A stretch of 64,000 nucleotides of DNA from an uncultured Verrucomicrobiae bacterium (GTDB lineage: Bacteria; Verrucomicrobiota; Verrucomicrobiia; Chthoniobacterales; UBA10450): contig CAVTMK010000002.1 in NCBI GenBank assembly GCA_963735805.1, positions 384,001 through 448,000 of the forward strand. The letters are read 5' to 3'. Every line of letters begins with the position of its first letter. The first letter of the stretch is position 1. A model generated the notes under the pieces. That model was not told the DNA's origin, searched no databases, and saw nothing but the letters and a program-made list of their open reading frames with translations. A program made the position numbers and the translations under genes. This document shows positions 19,394-28,614 of the stretch, piece after piece.

Positions 19394-22321
19394 ATGAAAA
19401 AGAAATCCACTTCGCAATCAGCCTTTTTTAATCTCCGCGTTTTAACCGCTGCGGTGTTTTGCCTCCTCGGCATCGCTGTGGCGCTGTTCGCTCAGTCAAA
19501 AGGCGCCAAGCAAACTCAACAAACTAATCGCTCCAGCGCGCACCAGGACGCCCCTGGTACACAGCGACCGGATGTGGTGCAAATGATCGGCCCGGTTGCC
19601 ATGAACCAGGATTTGCGCAAACTCCCTTACGTTGCACCAAAGCAGAAAGAAGAAGAAGAGAGACGTTTGACGCGATATCCGTTCCCGCTGGCGGGTTCAG
19701 ACGCGTCGGCAGGACCGGGGACCTCCGCGTACGTCAAGAGACTCCTCAAAAATCTTTGGCGCCCGACGCCCACCATGCCGCCCCCGTTGCTGACATTTGA
19801 GGGAAACAGCGAGACATGCGGTTGTCAGCCTTCTGATAGCGAGGGAGATGTCGGTCCGAATCATTACATTGAAGCGATCAACGAAACTATCAAAATTTTT
19901 GACAAAAGCGGCAACACTCTTTCGGGCCCGACCACATACAATTCATTCTTTTCTTCTTTAACGGGCACTCCTTGCGCGAATGCGAACGATGGTGACCCTT
20001 ATGTTCTCTACGATGCGCAGGCAGATCGCTGGCTGATAAGCGACTTCGCCTTTCCATCTTTTCCTGGATCCTCATTCTTCCAATGCATCGCTGTGTCCCA
20101 GACCAACGACCCCGTTAGCGGTGGCTGGTTTCTCTACGCGCTGCAAGTGGACCCGGGCAACCCGACGTTCCTCGGCGATTATCCCAAGTTTGGATTGTGG
20201 AACGACGGCGGAACTCAAAACGCCTATTTCTTCAACGTCAACCTGTTTAGCAGCCCCACTACCTTTAACGGCGTCCGCGCCTATGCGCTCGACCGGGCAA
20301 GCATGCTCGGTGGCGGTCCCGCCAACGCAATCGGATTTACTCTTAGCGCAGCCGATGTTGGCGCTTCCTATAGCTTCGTCTCCGCGACCTTTAAAGCAGG
20401 AGATCCGCCACCCACGGGAAGGGATGAAATGGTTCTGGCGATCGACAGCCCGGCTACTGGGGGCGTGACTGTCACCCAGGTCCACGCACGGTTCTTTCAC
20501 GTCGATTTTGCCAACCCGGCAAATGCAACTTTTGGCTCCGGTCCAACCCATCAGCCGAATGCCGAGATCACAGTCAACGGCTTCGTTGACGCTTTTACAA
20601 ATACTACGAGCGACATTGTGCCACAGCTGGGAACATCGGGAAAACTGGACACCTTGGGCGATAAGATCATGACGCCGGTCGTTTACCAGAACCGGGCCGG
20701 TACCGAATCGCTGTGGGCGGATAGTACCGTCTGTACCGACACCAACTGCACCGGGCCAACGGGTGTTCGCTGGTACCAGTTCGATGTGACAGGCGGCAAT
20801 TTCCCAGCTACCCCTGTGCAACAGCAAACATGGACCAATAACGATGACGGTTTATGGCGCTGGATGCCCAGCATAGGCGTCGATCAAAGCGGAGACACGG
20901 TCATCGGTTATTCTGCTTCCAGTACGACAATCTTTCCTTCTATTCGTTATGCCGGACGCCTTGAGGCTGACCCGCCAAGCAACCTCGCGCAAGGAGAAGC
21001 CATCATGTTTGCAGGTGTCAGCCAATTTAACGGTAACCGCTGGGGTGATTATACGAGGACAGAAATCGATCCCGCTGATGGCATGAGCTTCTGGCATGTC
21101 AACCAATATGCCCAAAGCGGCGACTGGCACACACGCGTCGGTAAGTTCAATTTCGTAGGCGGAGGAGTAACACCAACTCCGACGCCAACGCCAACGCCTA
21201 CATCACCCACACCGACGCCAACTCCGGGTAACTGCAGTTGGGCAGCCGGACCGGACATGCCTACCGTACTGGTTAGAGCAGTCGGCGTATACTTCCCTGA
21301 CGGCAACTTTTACACCGTGGGCGGTCGTATCTCAGATAACGCGGGCGATGACTTCCAGCACGTGCTCAAATTCGATACCACGTCCAACAGTTGGACCCAG
21401 ATGGCTTCGACGTTGCCTGACAATCAGATGAACAACATGGCTTGTGGCGTGCTCACTGTTTCAGGGACGCCTTTGATCTATTGCGTCGGCGGCTCGGCAG
21501 CTGGAAATACCACCGCCACCGCTCGCGTGTTCACTTACGATCCGGCCACCGATACGCCGGCCCTCCTTGGCACGGACGATTGGCCTGGCGATGCTGCGGG
21601 CACAATTCTGCCTGGTGGCTTTGCAGTGGCCAACAACAAGCTATACATCCTCGGCGGGTTTGACATCAACGTGGCTTCCACAAACGAGATCTGGGAGTTT
21701 GATCCAAATGCTGCGGCAGGCTCCAGGTGGACACAAAAGGTGAACACGCCTGAAGGGATCATGTATGCGCCTACGTGCACCATAAACGGCATCATCTATG
21801 TGGGCGGTGCATCGGATTTCCAGGGTGCTACAGTGGTGGACACCACGAACTCGTTCAGTTTCGATCCTGTGGCGAACACTATTGGCTCCATCGCTCCGAT
21901 ACCAAGAGCCACTGGCGAGACGAGAGGGCTTAACTTTAATGGCCAGATGTATGTAATGGGCGGAGGCCGAGTAGCGCCTAATCCCTCGACTGAAGTGGAC
22001 ATCTACGACCCGGTCAGTAACACTTGGTCACTAGGGGTTCCATTTAACACTCCCCGGCGCAATTTCCCCACCGACACGAACGGTACAGACCATATCTGGT
22101 TGTCAGGTGGCTACGATGTCAGCGGCATAACACCGCTTTCTTCGATGGAGATCTTCTTCTGCCCGCAGGTGACGCCCACGCCAACGCCGTCGCCAACTCC
22201 AACGCCTGGGACACCTACACCTACACCGACGGTGACGCCGACACCGACGCCGGTGGTGACACCAACACCGCGGCCGCCTCCAACGCCACGGCCGCGTCCA
22301 ACACCGCATCCGCGTCCGTGA
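19394..22321 (+). CDS. Secreted protein: RWGDY-type N domain plus Kelch propeller, linkers and Arg/Pro tail
   Basis: Leader MKKKSTSQSAFFNLRVL; N domain homologous to 8309-10885; six Kelch-like repeats (Y..GG...YDP..N.W); ends PRPRPTPHPRP. Confidence 0.88.
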   Translation: MKKKSTSQSAFFNLRVLTAAVFCLLGIAVALFAQSKGAKQTQQTNRSSAHQDAPGTQRPDVVQMIGPVAMNQDLRKLPYVAPKQKEEEERRLTRYPFPLAGSDASAGPGTSAYVKRLLKNLWRPTPTMPPPLLTFEGNSETCGCQPSDSEGDVGPNHYIEAINETIKIFDKSGNTLSGPTTYNSFFSSLTGTPCANANDGDPYVLYDAQADRWLISDFAFPSFPGSSFFQCIAVSQTNDPVSGGWFLYALQVDPGNPTFLGDYPKFGLWNDGGTQNAYFFNVNLFSSPTTFNGVRAYALDRASMLGGGPANAIGFTLSAADVGASYSFVSATFKAGDPPPTGRDEMVLAIDSPATGGVTVTQVHARFFHVDFANPANATFGSGPTHQPNAEITVNGFVDAFTNTTSDIVPQLGTSGKLDTLGDKIMTPVVYQNRAGTESLWADSTVCTDTNCTGPTGVRWYQFDVTGGNFPATPVQQQTWTNNDDGLWRWMPSIGVDQSGDTVIGYSASSTTIFPSIRYAGRLEADPPSNLAQGEAIMFAGVSQFNGNRWGDYTRTEIDPADGMSFWHVNQYAQSGDWHTRVGKFNFVGGGVTPTPTPTPTPTSPTPTPTPGNCSWAAGPDMPTVLVRAVGVYFPDGNFYTVGGRISDNAGDDFQHVLKFDTTSNSWTQMASTLPDNQMNNMACGVLTVSGTPLIYCVGGSAAGNTTATARVFTYDPATDTPALLGTDDWPGDAAGTILPGGFAVANNKLYILGGFDINVASTNEIWEFDPNAAAGSRWTQKVNTPEGIMYAPTCTINGIIYVGGASDFQGATVVDTTNSFSFDPVANTIGSIAPIPRATGETRGLNFNGQMYVMGGGRVAPNPSTEVDIYDPVSNTWSLGVPFNTPRRNFPTDTNGTDHIWLSGGYDVSGITPLSSMEIFFCPQVTPTPTPSPTPTPGTPTPTPTVTPTPTPVVTPTPRPPPTPRPRPTPHPRP

Positions 22322-22327
22322 GGCCGT

Positions 22328-22402
22328 AAGAGTAGAAGCGTTCAAAAATTATAAGGAAGTAACAGGGAACTCGTGAGGTAGCTCGCGAGTTCCTTGCTTT
22401 TT
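22328..22402 (+). terminator. Conserved 3' cassette/hairpin (copy 4)
   Basis: AAGAGTAGAAGCGTT...GGAACTCGTGAG-GTAG-CTCGCGAGTTCC-TTGCTTTTT. Confidence 0.8.
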
Positions 22403-22459
22403 AGGGGGTTTCGCGTGACGCGCACTCGCTCGTGAAGCCTTTCGGCAGTTATGAGTGCC

Positions 22460-22916
22460 GTTCGCCCGGGCTTGCGGCTTACAAAGTTACGCCCACAAGT
22501 CCGCCGACTATTGTGTCTGCCTGGAGCATAAGCCAGACGGGATTGGGCTCGGTGTTTGTTACGTCGACGGATGGTACAAATAACGTGCTTGTTTGGGTCG
22601 CCGGTGGCGGAGGCGACCAACGGTTGCATGCTTATGATGGCGATACCGGTACGGTGATCTAAGTGGCGGCGGAGCTAACGAAATGATAACTGGAACGCGT
22701 AAGTGGAACACAGGCATTGCCGTTCGCGGTCGCATTTATTACGCTGCAGACAACAAAATCTACGCTTTTATTACTCCAAACGGAGTACCTACTCCAACGC
22801 CCACGCCGAGCGCAACTCCGACGCCCACACCGACTGCTTCGCCGTCACCTACTGCTATCCCAAGAGCGACACCGAGGCCGCGCCCGACTCCGCGCGGTAC
22901 GGGAAACTTAACTTGA
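22460..22916 (+). pseudogene. 5'-deleted, frameshifted remnant of another array member (PQQ-like propeller C-terminus, linker, degenerate tail)
   Basis: Two ORF pieces join across a 1-bp deletion near 22661 (...DGDTGTVI[Y]SGGGANEMITGTRKWNTG...); no leader; ends [18 protein letters not shown]. Confidence 0.75.
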
Positions 22917-23156
22917 GAATAAAGAACAATTAGCCAGCGATTTGCCGGGAAAGCGAGCGTGTCTGCACGCCGAAACGAAGCGGTCGCAACTCGAAAAAAG
23001 GCTTGACCAAATCCGGTCAAACGTTTACAACCGGCGTTTTCCTGCACCTTGAGGCTCCACGAGACAAAACATCTCCACTGCGCCCCGCGAAGACGGGAAG
23101 CGCGGTAGGTCTCAATTCCCCAGGAAGATGCCCACAAAACTCCACTATCATTGAAG

Positions 23157-26100
23157 ATGAAAAAAAAATCCTGTACCCACTCGGCATTCTTTACTTTTCG
23201 AGCATTAATTGGCCTGCTTTTTTGCTTTTCTGGCGCATTGCTTGCATTTTTCGGATCCGGCGTCTTCAGCGGCAAGAACGCCGAGCGGCCTGCCCGATAC
23301 ATGCCCGTACCCGGTCAACGACCTGAGACAGAGGCTGCCGACCTTGAACGACTGGAACAATTCTGGAACGATCGTCTGACATATCCCACGGGACGTTTTG
23401 ACCCGAGATGGCTTCGCGCTGCCGCCGCTCAACACGCGCGCCTGCCCATCGGAGTCCCCGCAGGGATTCCTGCCGTGCTAAAAGCTTTGAGTCCGTTGCG
23501 CTTCAGCACTACCAACTTCACCGCTCTGGGTCCGCAGCCGGAACGCATGACCGGCTGCTCGGGATGTTTTAATTACACGACCACCGAAGGGCGAGTGAAT
23601 GCGATGGCGGTTGATCCAACCACAACCGTAAATGGCAGCATTGTAGCTTACCTTGGCTCAGTTGGAGGCGGTGTATGGAAAACGACCAACTGTTGCGATG
23701 CTTCCACTTCCTGGACCGTAGTAACCGATGATCCGCTGATTTCCACTACGGCGATTGACAGTGTTACCGTTGATCCAAACGATCATAACACCGTCTACGC
23801 CGGCACAGGGGATCTTAATTATGGTTCCTTTTCCATGGGTAGCCAGGGTATTCTCAAGTCCACCGATGCCGGAGCTTCGTGGACGGTGCTTGGCGCCGAC
23901 GTTTTTGGGATGGCTTTCCCGACGCCTGTAGGTCAATTTCCGCAGTATAACGCCGTTGGCAAAGTCCGCGTAGACCCTAATAACAGTAATAAGGTCGCTG
24001 CCGGCGCGAAAACAGGTTTCTACCTCTCTTATGATGGCGGGGTTAACTGGACCGGTCCATGTTCCACTAACGGCTTTGGCACTCAGCGTCAGGATATAAC
24101 CGGCCTGGAACTATCGGACATGGGCGGTGGCGTAACCCGCATCCTGGCGGCTGTCGGCGTAAGAGGTTTTGCGACGACGGTTCAACCCGATTTGGGCCTG
24201 AACGGCGCGAACGGTATCTATACCGCTACAATGGGGTCGAGCGGTTGCCCGAACTTCACATCAGTCGCTGGCAACGCTAATGGATTCGTCTTTGGCACTG
24301 CGGTCACCGGCAGCGCGTACACGACCGGCGCGTCAATGAATGCCGGCACCGGATCGGCCTTTGTTGACATCAACACGGGCGATCAGTTGGGTAGGTTGGA
24401 GATTGCCGTCGCGCCGAGTAACCCGAATTACATCTATGCCCAGGCGCAATCGATTGTCGCGAACGGCAACGGCGGCTGTGGCGGCGCACCCGGCTGTCAG
24501 ATTGGGGCTTGGGCTTCCACTGACGGAGGCACAAGTTGGACCTTCATGGAGGGTTCTCAGGGCGGCGCGCTTAGAGATTGCCAAAACGGCGCAGGCGATT
24601 ATCCACAGAACTGGTACGATGAGGGAATTGTCGTGGATCCAAATGATCCGGAGCGCATCTTCTTCGACACTTTTGACGTGTGGTTCGCAACACGTACGGG
24701 AACGACTTGGAACAATACCACTTGTGGCTATTCTTATAGTGGCGCGGCGGGTCCTGTCCATGTGGATCAGCACGCGCTGGCCTTTTTGCCTGGATCGTCC
24801 AGCATCCTGTTAATTGGTAATGACGGTGGCGCGCACGGCACCACTAACGCCGACGTAACAAATTCCACCACCGATCCGACCTGGTTTAACATGGATACAG
24901 GGTTAAACACCATCGAGTTTTACTCAGGGGACATCAGCGGACACTTCGCCAACTCCGCATCTCCACAAGCCAACGGTGGAGCCCAGGATAACGGATCTAG
25001 CTCGGTTACCTTTACCGGCACGCCAACAGAACCGGTGCAATGGCAGTTGGGAGTGGGCGGTGATGGGTTCTTCGCGCGCATTGATCCTGTCGGCACAGGA
25101 TCGAGCCTGCGTTTCTGGCAGGGCAACAACAGCGGTTCACTTCATCGCTGCGTCATGAACTGTACGAATCAGAATGCCCCATGGAGCGGCAGGGTATCGG
25201 GCGGCTGGAGCGGCGATACGCAATCATTTGTTTTGCCATACGATCTTTTCCATGGCGGGATACCCGGCGGCGATGACTGTCCGGTTGCCGGTGTTCCTGG
25301 GGGCTGCGGCAGTCTCGTTGCTGGCACCACTCGGGTGTGGGAGACGATTCATGGCGGTAACTCTACTTTTAGCTCGGCGGACTGGTATGTGACGAATAAC
25401 CCGATCACCCAGAACATGACCAAGCAATCGCTGGGCAACCGTTCGTTTATCAATCAGGTCAAATACTCACCAAAATATCAGAGCGTTGGAATCGTTGGTA
25501 CGAACGATGGTAATGCATGGATCGGATTTAATCTCGGTACCGGCACTCAAGCACAGGCGAACTGGGTAGATGTTACCGGAAGCAACACCGTCCTGCCCAA
25601 CCGACCTGTAATGGGCATTGCGCTCGATCCTTCAGTGGCGGCGGCAAATCTACCTGTGGGGTATGCGGCCGTTGGCGGCTTTAATGCTAACACGCCAACG
25701 ACACCGGGTCACGTGTTCCAGGTAACATGCACCGCCAATTGCGGCTCTTTCACATGGGCGGACAAGACCGGTGATCTACCGGATATCCCGGTGGACTCCA
25801 TCATCGTTAACCCCAATCAGCCACAACAGGTCTTTGCTGGCACTGACTGGGGCGTTTACTTTACCGACGACGTCACCGTGGCATCGCCTACATGGCAGCG
25901 TTTCGAGAACGGAGTGCCACACGCGATGGTATGGGATATGCAGGTCGATCGGGGTAGCACGACTCTGTCGGTTTGGACACGTAGTCGCGGTGCATACGTC
26001 TATCCGTTGCCAGGTGCCGGGCCGACTCCTACTCCTACACCTACGCCAAGTGTGACGCCAACGGCGACACCTACAGCCACACCAACGGCAACGCCAACAG

Positions 26101-26228
26101 CCACGCCAACGGCAACACCGTCAGTTACACCAACTGTAACGCCGACAGTTACTCCAACTCCTACTGCTACACCGAGGGCGACACCGAGACCACGCCCGAC
26201 GCCGCATCCTCGACCCACTCCGCCGTAA
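23157..26228 (+). CDS. Secreted BNR/VPS10-like double beta-propeller protein (glycoside-hydrolase-like fold), linker and Arg/Pro tail
   Basis: Motifs GR..AMAVDP, GGVWKT, YAGTG, KSTDAGASW, HVDQHAL, GGAQDNG and GGDGF; leader MKKKSCTHSAFFTFRAL. Confidence 0.87.
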   Translation: MKKKSCTHSAFFTFRALIGLLFCFSGALLAFFGSGVFSGKNAERPARYMPVPGQRPETEAADLERLEQFWNDRLTYPTGRFDPRWLRAAAAQHARLPIGVPAGIPAVLKALSPLRFSTTNFTALGPQPERMTGCSGCFNYTTTEGRVNAMAVDPTTTVNGSIVAYLGSVGGGVWKTTNCCDASTSWTVVTDDPLISTTAIDSVTVDPNDHNTVYAGTGDLNYGSFSMGSQGILKSTDAGASWTVLGADVFGMAFPTPVGQFPQYNAVGKVRVDPNNSNKVAAGAKTGFYLSYDGGVNWTGPCSTNGFGTQRQDITGLELSDMGGGVTRILAAVGVRGFATTVQPDLGLNGANGIYTATMGSSGCPNFTSVAGNANGFVFGTAVTGSAYTTGASMNAGTGSAFVDINTGDQLGRLEIAVAPSNPNYIYAQAQSIVANGNGGCGGAPGCQIGAWASTDGGTSWTFMEGSQGGALRDCQNGAGDYPQNWYDEGIVVDPNDPERIFFDTFDVWFATRTGTTWNNTTCGYSYSGAAGPVHVDQHALAFLPGSSSILLIGNDGGAHGTTNADVTNSTTDPTWFNMDTGLNTIEFYSGDISGHFANSASPQANGGAQDNGSSSVTFTGTPTEPVQWQLGVGGDGFFARIDPVGTGSSLRFWQGNNSGSLHRCVMNCTNQNAPWSGRVSGGWSGDTQSFVLPYDLFHGGIPGGDDCPVAGVPGGCGSLVAGTTRVWETIHGGNSTFSSADWYVTNNPITQNMTKQSLGNRSFINQVKYSPKYQSVGIVGTNDGNAWIGFNLGTGTQAQANWVDVTGSNTVLPNRPVMGIALDPSVAAANLPVGYAAVGGFNANTPTTPGHVFQVTCTANCGSFTWADKTGDLPDIPVDSIIVNPNQPQQVFAGTDWGVYFTDDVTVASPTWQRFENGVPHAMVWDMQVDRGSTTLSVWTRSRGAYVYPLPGAGPTPTPTPTPSVTPTATPTATPTATPTATPTATPSVTPTVTPTVTPTPTATPRATPRPRPTPHPRPTPP

Positions 26229-26371
26229 TGGATTAGTGACTTCTGAGAAGTCGGCCAAAGCGATGCATCGTGCATCGCTTTGGCCACGTTTCGTCGACCC
26301 GAAATCTCAACTTCCTGAGAACTGCGGAAGAATCGCCCGACGTGGGCAAGCGTCATTTGGTTCTCAAAATA

Positions 26372-26409
26372 GAAAAGTGTTGAATCGCCCTTGGCCTGTC
26401 GGCTAACAA
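26372..26409 (+). promoter_or_regulatory. Putative promoter, array motif
   Basis: AAAAGTG-TTGAAT 26380-26385, 18-nt spacer, TAACAA. Confidence 0.45.
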
Positions 26410-26433
26410 TCGACGCAGTTAATCCTCTGCCTA

Positions 26434-28506
26434 ATGAAAAAGAAATCTTACAATTCACCTGACTTTCTTAAGCCACGCCTGCGAATCACACTGTCTGTCT
26501 TCCTGGTTAGCGTCGTGATCTCTGTGTTTGGCAATGCGTTTGCTCAGCCCCGGCGCGCGAAATCGTCTCTAGGCGCTCCGCAAAGGCAAAACGTCAAAGC
26601 TGCTCTCTCGCGAACTGATCAAAGCTTTTGGGCACAAACAAATGGCCCCCAAGGCGGCGATGGAATTGCATTAGCCACGAATGCGGGTGGGAACGTCTTC
26701 GTAGGAACCCAGGGAGGCGGCGTTTTTCGGTCCTCCGACAATGGAGAAACGTGGACCGAAATCAATAATGGACTTACCGACACGAACGTGCGCGCGCTGG
26801 CAATCAGCAGTGTCGGGCACATTTTTGCCGGAACGTTTAGCGGCGTGTTTCGTTCGTTGGATAATGGAGACAGCTGGGTTGCGGTCAACAATGGCTTGGA
26901 ATTTCCTTCTGTTATCTCGCTGGCGATTAATTCCAGCGGAGACATTTTCGCCGGGACGTTTGCAGGCGGGGGCGTTTATCGGTCGACTGATGACGGCGAT
27001 AACTGGACCTTGGTGGATAATGGCTTGACGAACACCTATGTCACGGCGTTAGCGATCAATTCCAGCGGAGACATTTTTACCGCGACATTTGGCGGTGGCG
27101 CGTTTCGGTCAACCGACAACGGAGACAGCTGGACCGGACTTAACACAGGGTTTCCTGATGGTACGTTTCTTTCGTTAGCCATCAACGCAAGCGGATACAT
27201 TTTCGCAGGTGGCGATCCTCTTGGCGGTCCTGTCGGTGTGCTTCGCTCGACTGACAATGGCGATAGCTGGGAGTCCGTGAATAACGGGTTAACTACGGGG
27301 AATGGTATCAACGCGCTAATAACTACTCCCACGGGATACCTTTTTGCCGCCACCTATGGCGACGGTGTGTTCCGGTCGACGGACAACGGAGATAACTGGA
27401 CACAGGTTAATGACGGATTAACGGACCATTTTGTTCTTTCCTTCGCTATCACTTCGACCGGAGACGTTTTCGCAGGGACCTATTTCGGCGGAGGAGCTTT
27501 CCGGTCGAGCGATAACGGAGAGTCATGGAACGAGAAAAACAGCGGGATCGTCGCGACCGAGGTCCGTACAATTGCGATCAGTTCGACTAACAACATCTTT
27601 GTCGGGACGTATGGCCTTGGCATGTTTCGATCAAGCGACAGCGGTCAGACCTGGGATAAGGTGAACAACGGACTGCTTGCGCTTTATGAAAGCGCCCTGG
27701 CGATCGATGCGAATGGCGACATTTTCGTAGGAGCTGATTTTGTAGGTGGATCTGGCGGTGTTTATCGCTCTACCGATAACGGAGACAATTGGGTAGAGAT
27801 TAATCATGGCGTGATCCAAACGGATGTTCGGGCATTGGCGATCAATTCAAGCGGTCACATTTTGGCAGGGACATATTTTGGCGGTGGCGTCTTTCGATCG
27901 ACAGACAATGGCGATAGTTGGACGCCGGTGAACAATGGTTTGGGGTGCGGAAATATTTGGGCTCTGGCAATCAATTCAAATGGAACTGTCTTCGCTGGAA
28001 CGGCTGGCTGCGGCGACGGCATCTATCGTTCCACTGACAATGGAGATAGCTGGACACTTGCTAACACAGGTCTCACGTCTACCGATGTAGCTGCGCTGGC
28101 TATCAACGCTAGCAACGGATTCATTTTTGCCGGAACACATTCCATCATGGGTAAGGGCGGTGGTATGTTTCGATCCACTGACAACGGCGGCACCTGGACG
28201 GAACAAGATAATGGCTTCACAGCACTCGACGTGAACAGTGTGACGATCAACTCGATCGGCCACGTTTTCGCAGGCGCTGCAGGTGGAGTATTCCGATCGA
28301 TAAATGACGCTGGCAATTGGAGTGACGTCAGTAACGGACTACTTCCTCCAGGTGGAAATGTATGGGCTGTGGCGATCGATTCCGGAGGATTTGCCTTTGC
28401 GGGTACTGCTGGCGGCAGTGTATTTCAAAGCGTACAACCGACGGTGAGATCTACTCCCGTACCGAGACCTCGGCCGACTCCGAGGCCGCGCCCAACTCCG
28501 CCTTAG
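26434..28506 (+). CDS. Secreted highly repetitive BNR propeller (13 full blades plus 1 split blade) with Arg/Pro tail but no Pro/Thr linker
   Basis: Repeats GVFRSTDNGDSWxxVNNGL...ALAINSSGxIFAGT; ends [20 protein letters not shown]. Confidence 0.9.
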   Translation: MKKKSYNSPDFLKPRLRITLSVFLVSVVISVFGNAFAQPRRAKSSLGAPQRQNVKAALSRTDQSFWAQTNGPQGGDGIALATNAGGNVFVGTQGGGVFRSSDNGETWTEINNGLTDTNVRALAISSVGHIFAGTFSGVFRSLDNGDSWVAVNNGLEFPSVISLAINSSGDIFAGTFAGGGVYRSTDDGDNWTLVDNGLTNTYVTALAINSSGDIFTATFGGGAFRSTDNGDSWTGLNTGFPDGTFLSLAINASGYIFAGGDPLGGPVGVLRSTDNGDSWESVNNGLTTGNGINALITTPTGYLFAATYGDGVFRSTDNGDNWTQVNDGLTDHFVLSFAITSTGDVFAGTYFGGGAFRSSDNGESWNEKNSGIVATEVRTIAISSTNNIFVGTYGLGMFRSSDSGQTWDKVNNGLLALYESALAIDANGDIFVGADFVGGSGGVYRSTDNGDNWVEINHGVIQTDVRALAINSSGHILAGTYFGGGVFRSTDNGDSWTPVNNGLGCGNIWALAINSNGTVFAGTAGCGDGIYRSTDNGDSWTLANTGLTSTDVAALAINASNGFIFAGTHSIMGKGGGMFRSTDNGGTWTEQDNGFTALDVNSVTINSIGHVFAGAAGGVFRSINDAGNWSDVSNGLLPPGGNVWAVAIDSGGFAFAGTAGGSVFQSVQPTVRSTPVPRPRPTPRPRPTPP

Positions 28507-28614
28507 TCTGGCGATCTGCTCGATTGTGCAGGCGCGCCTGGCTGTCGGGGCGCTCCGGCGTCTTAGCGGGGAAACGCTAAGACGCATGTTACGGCACAAG
28601 AGCAAGTCACCACA

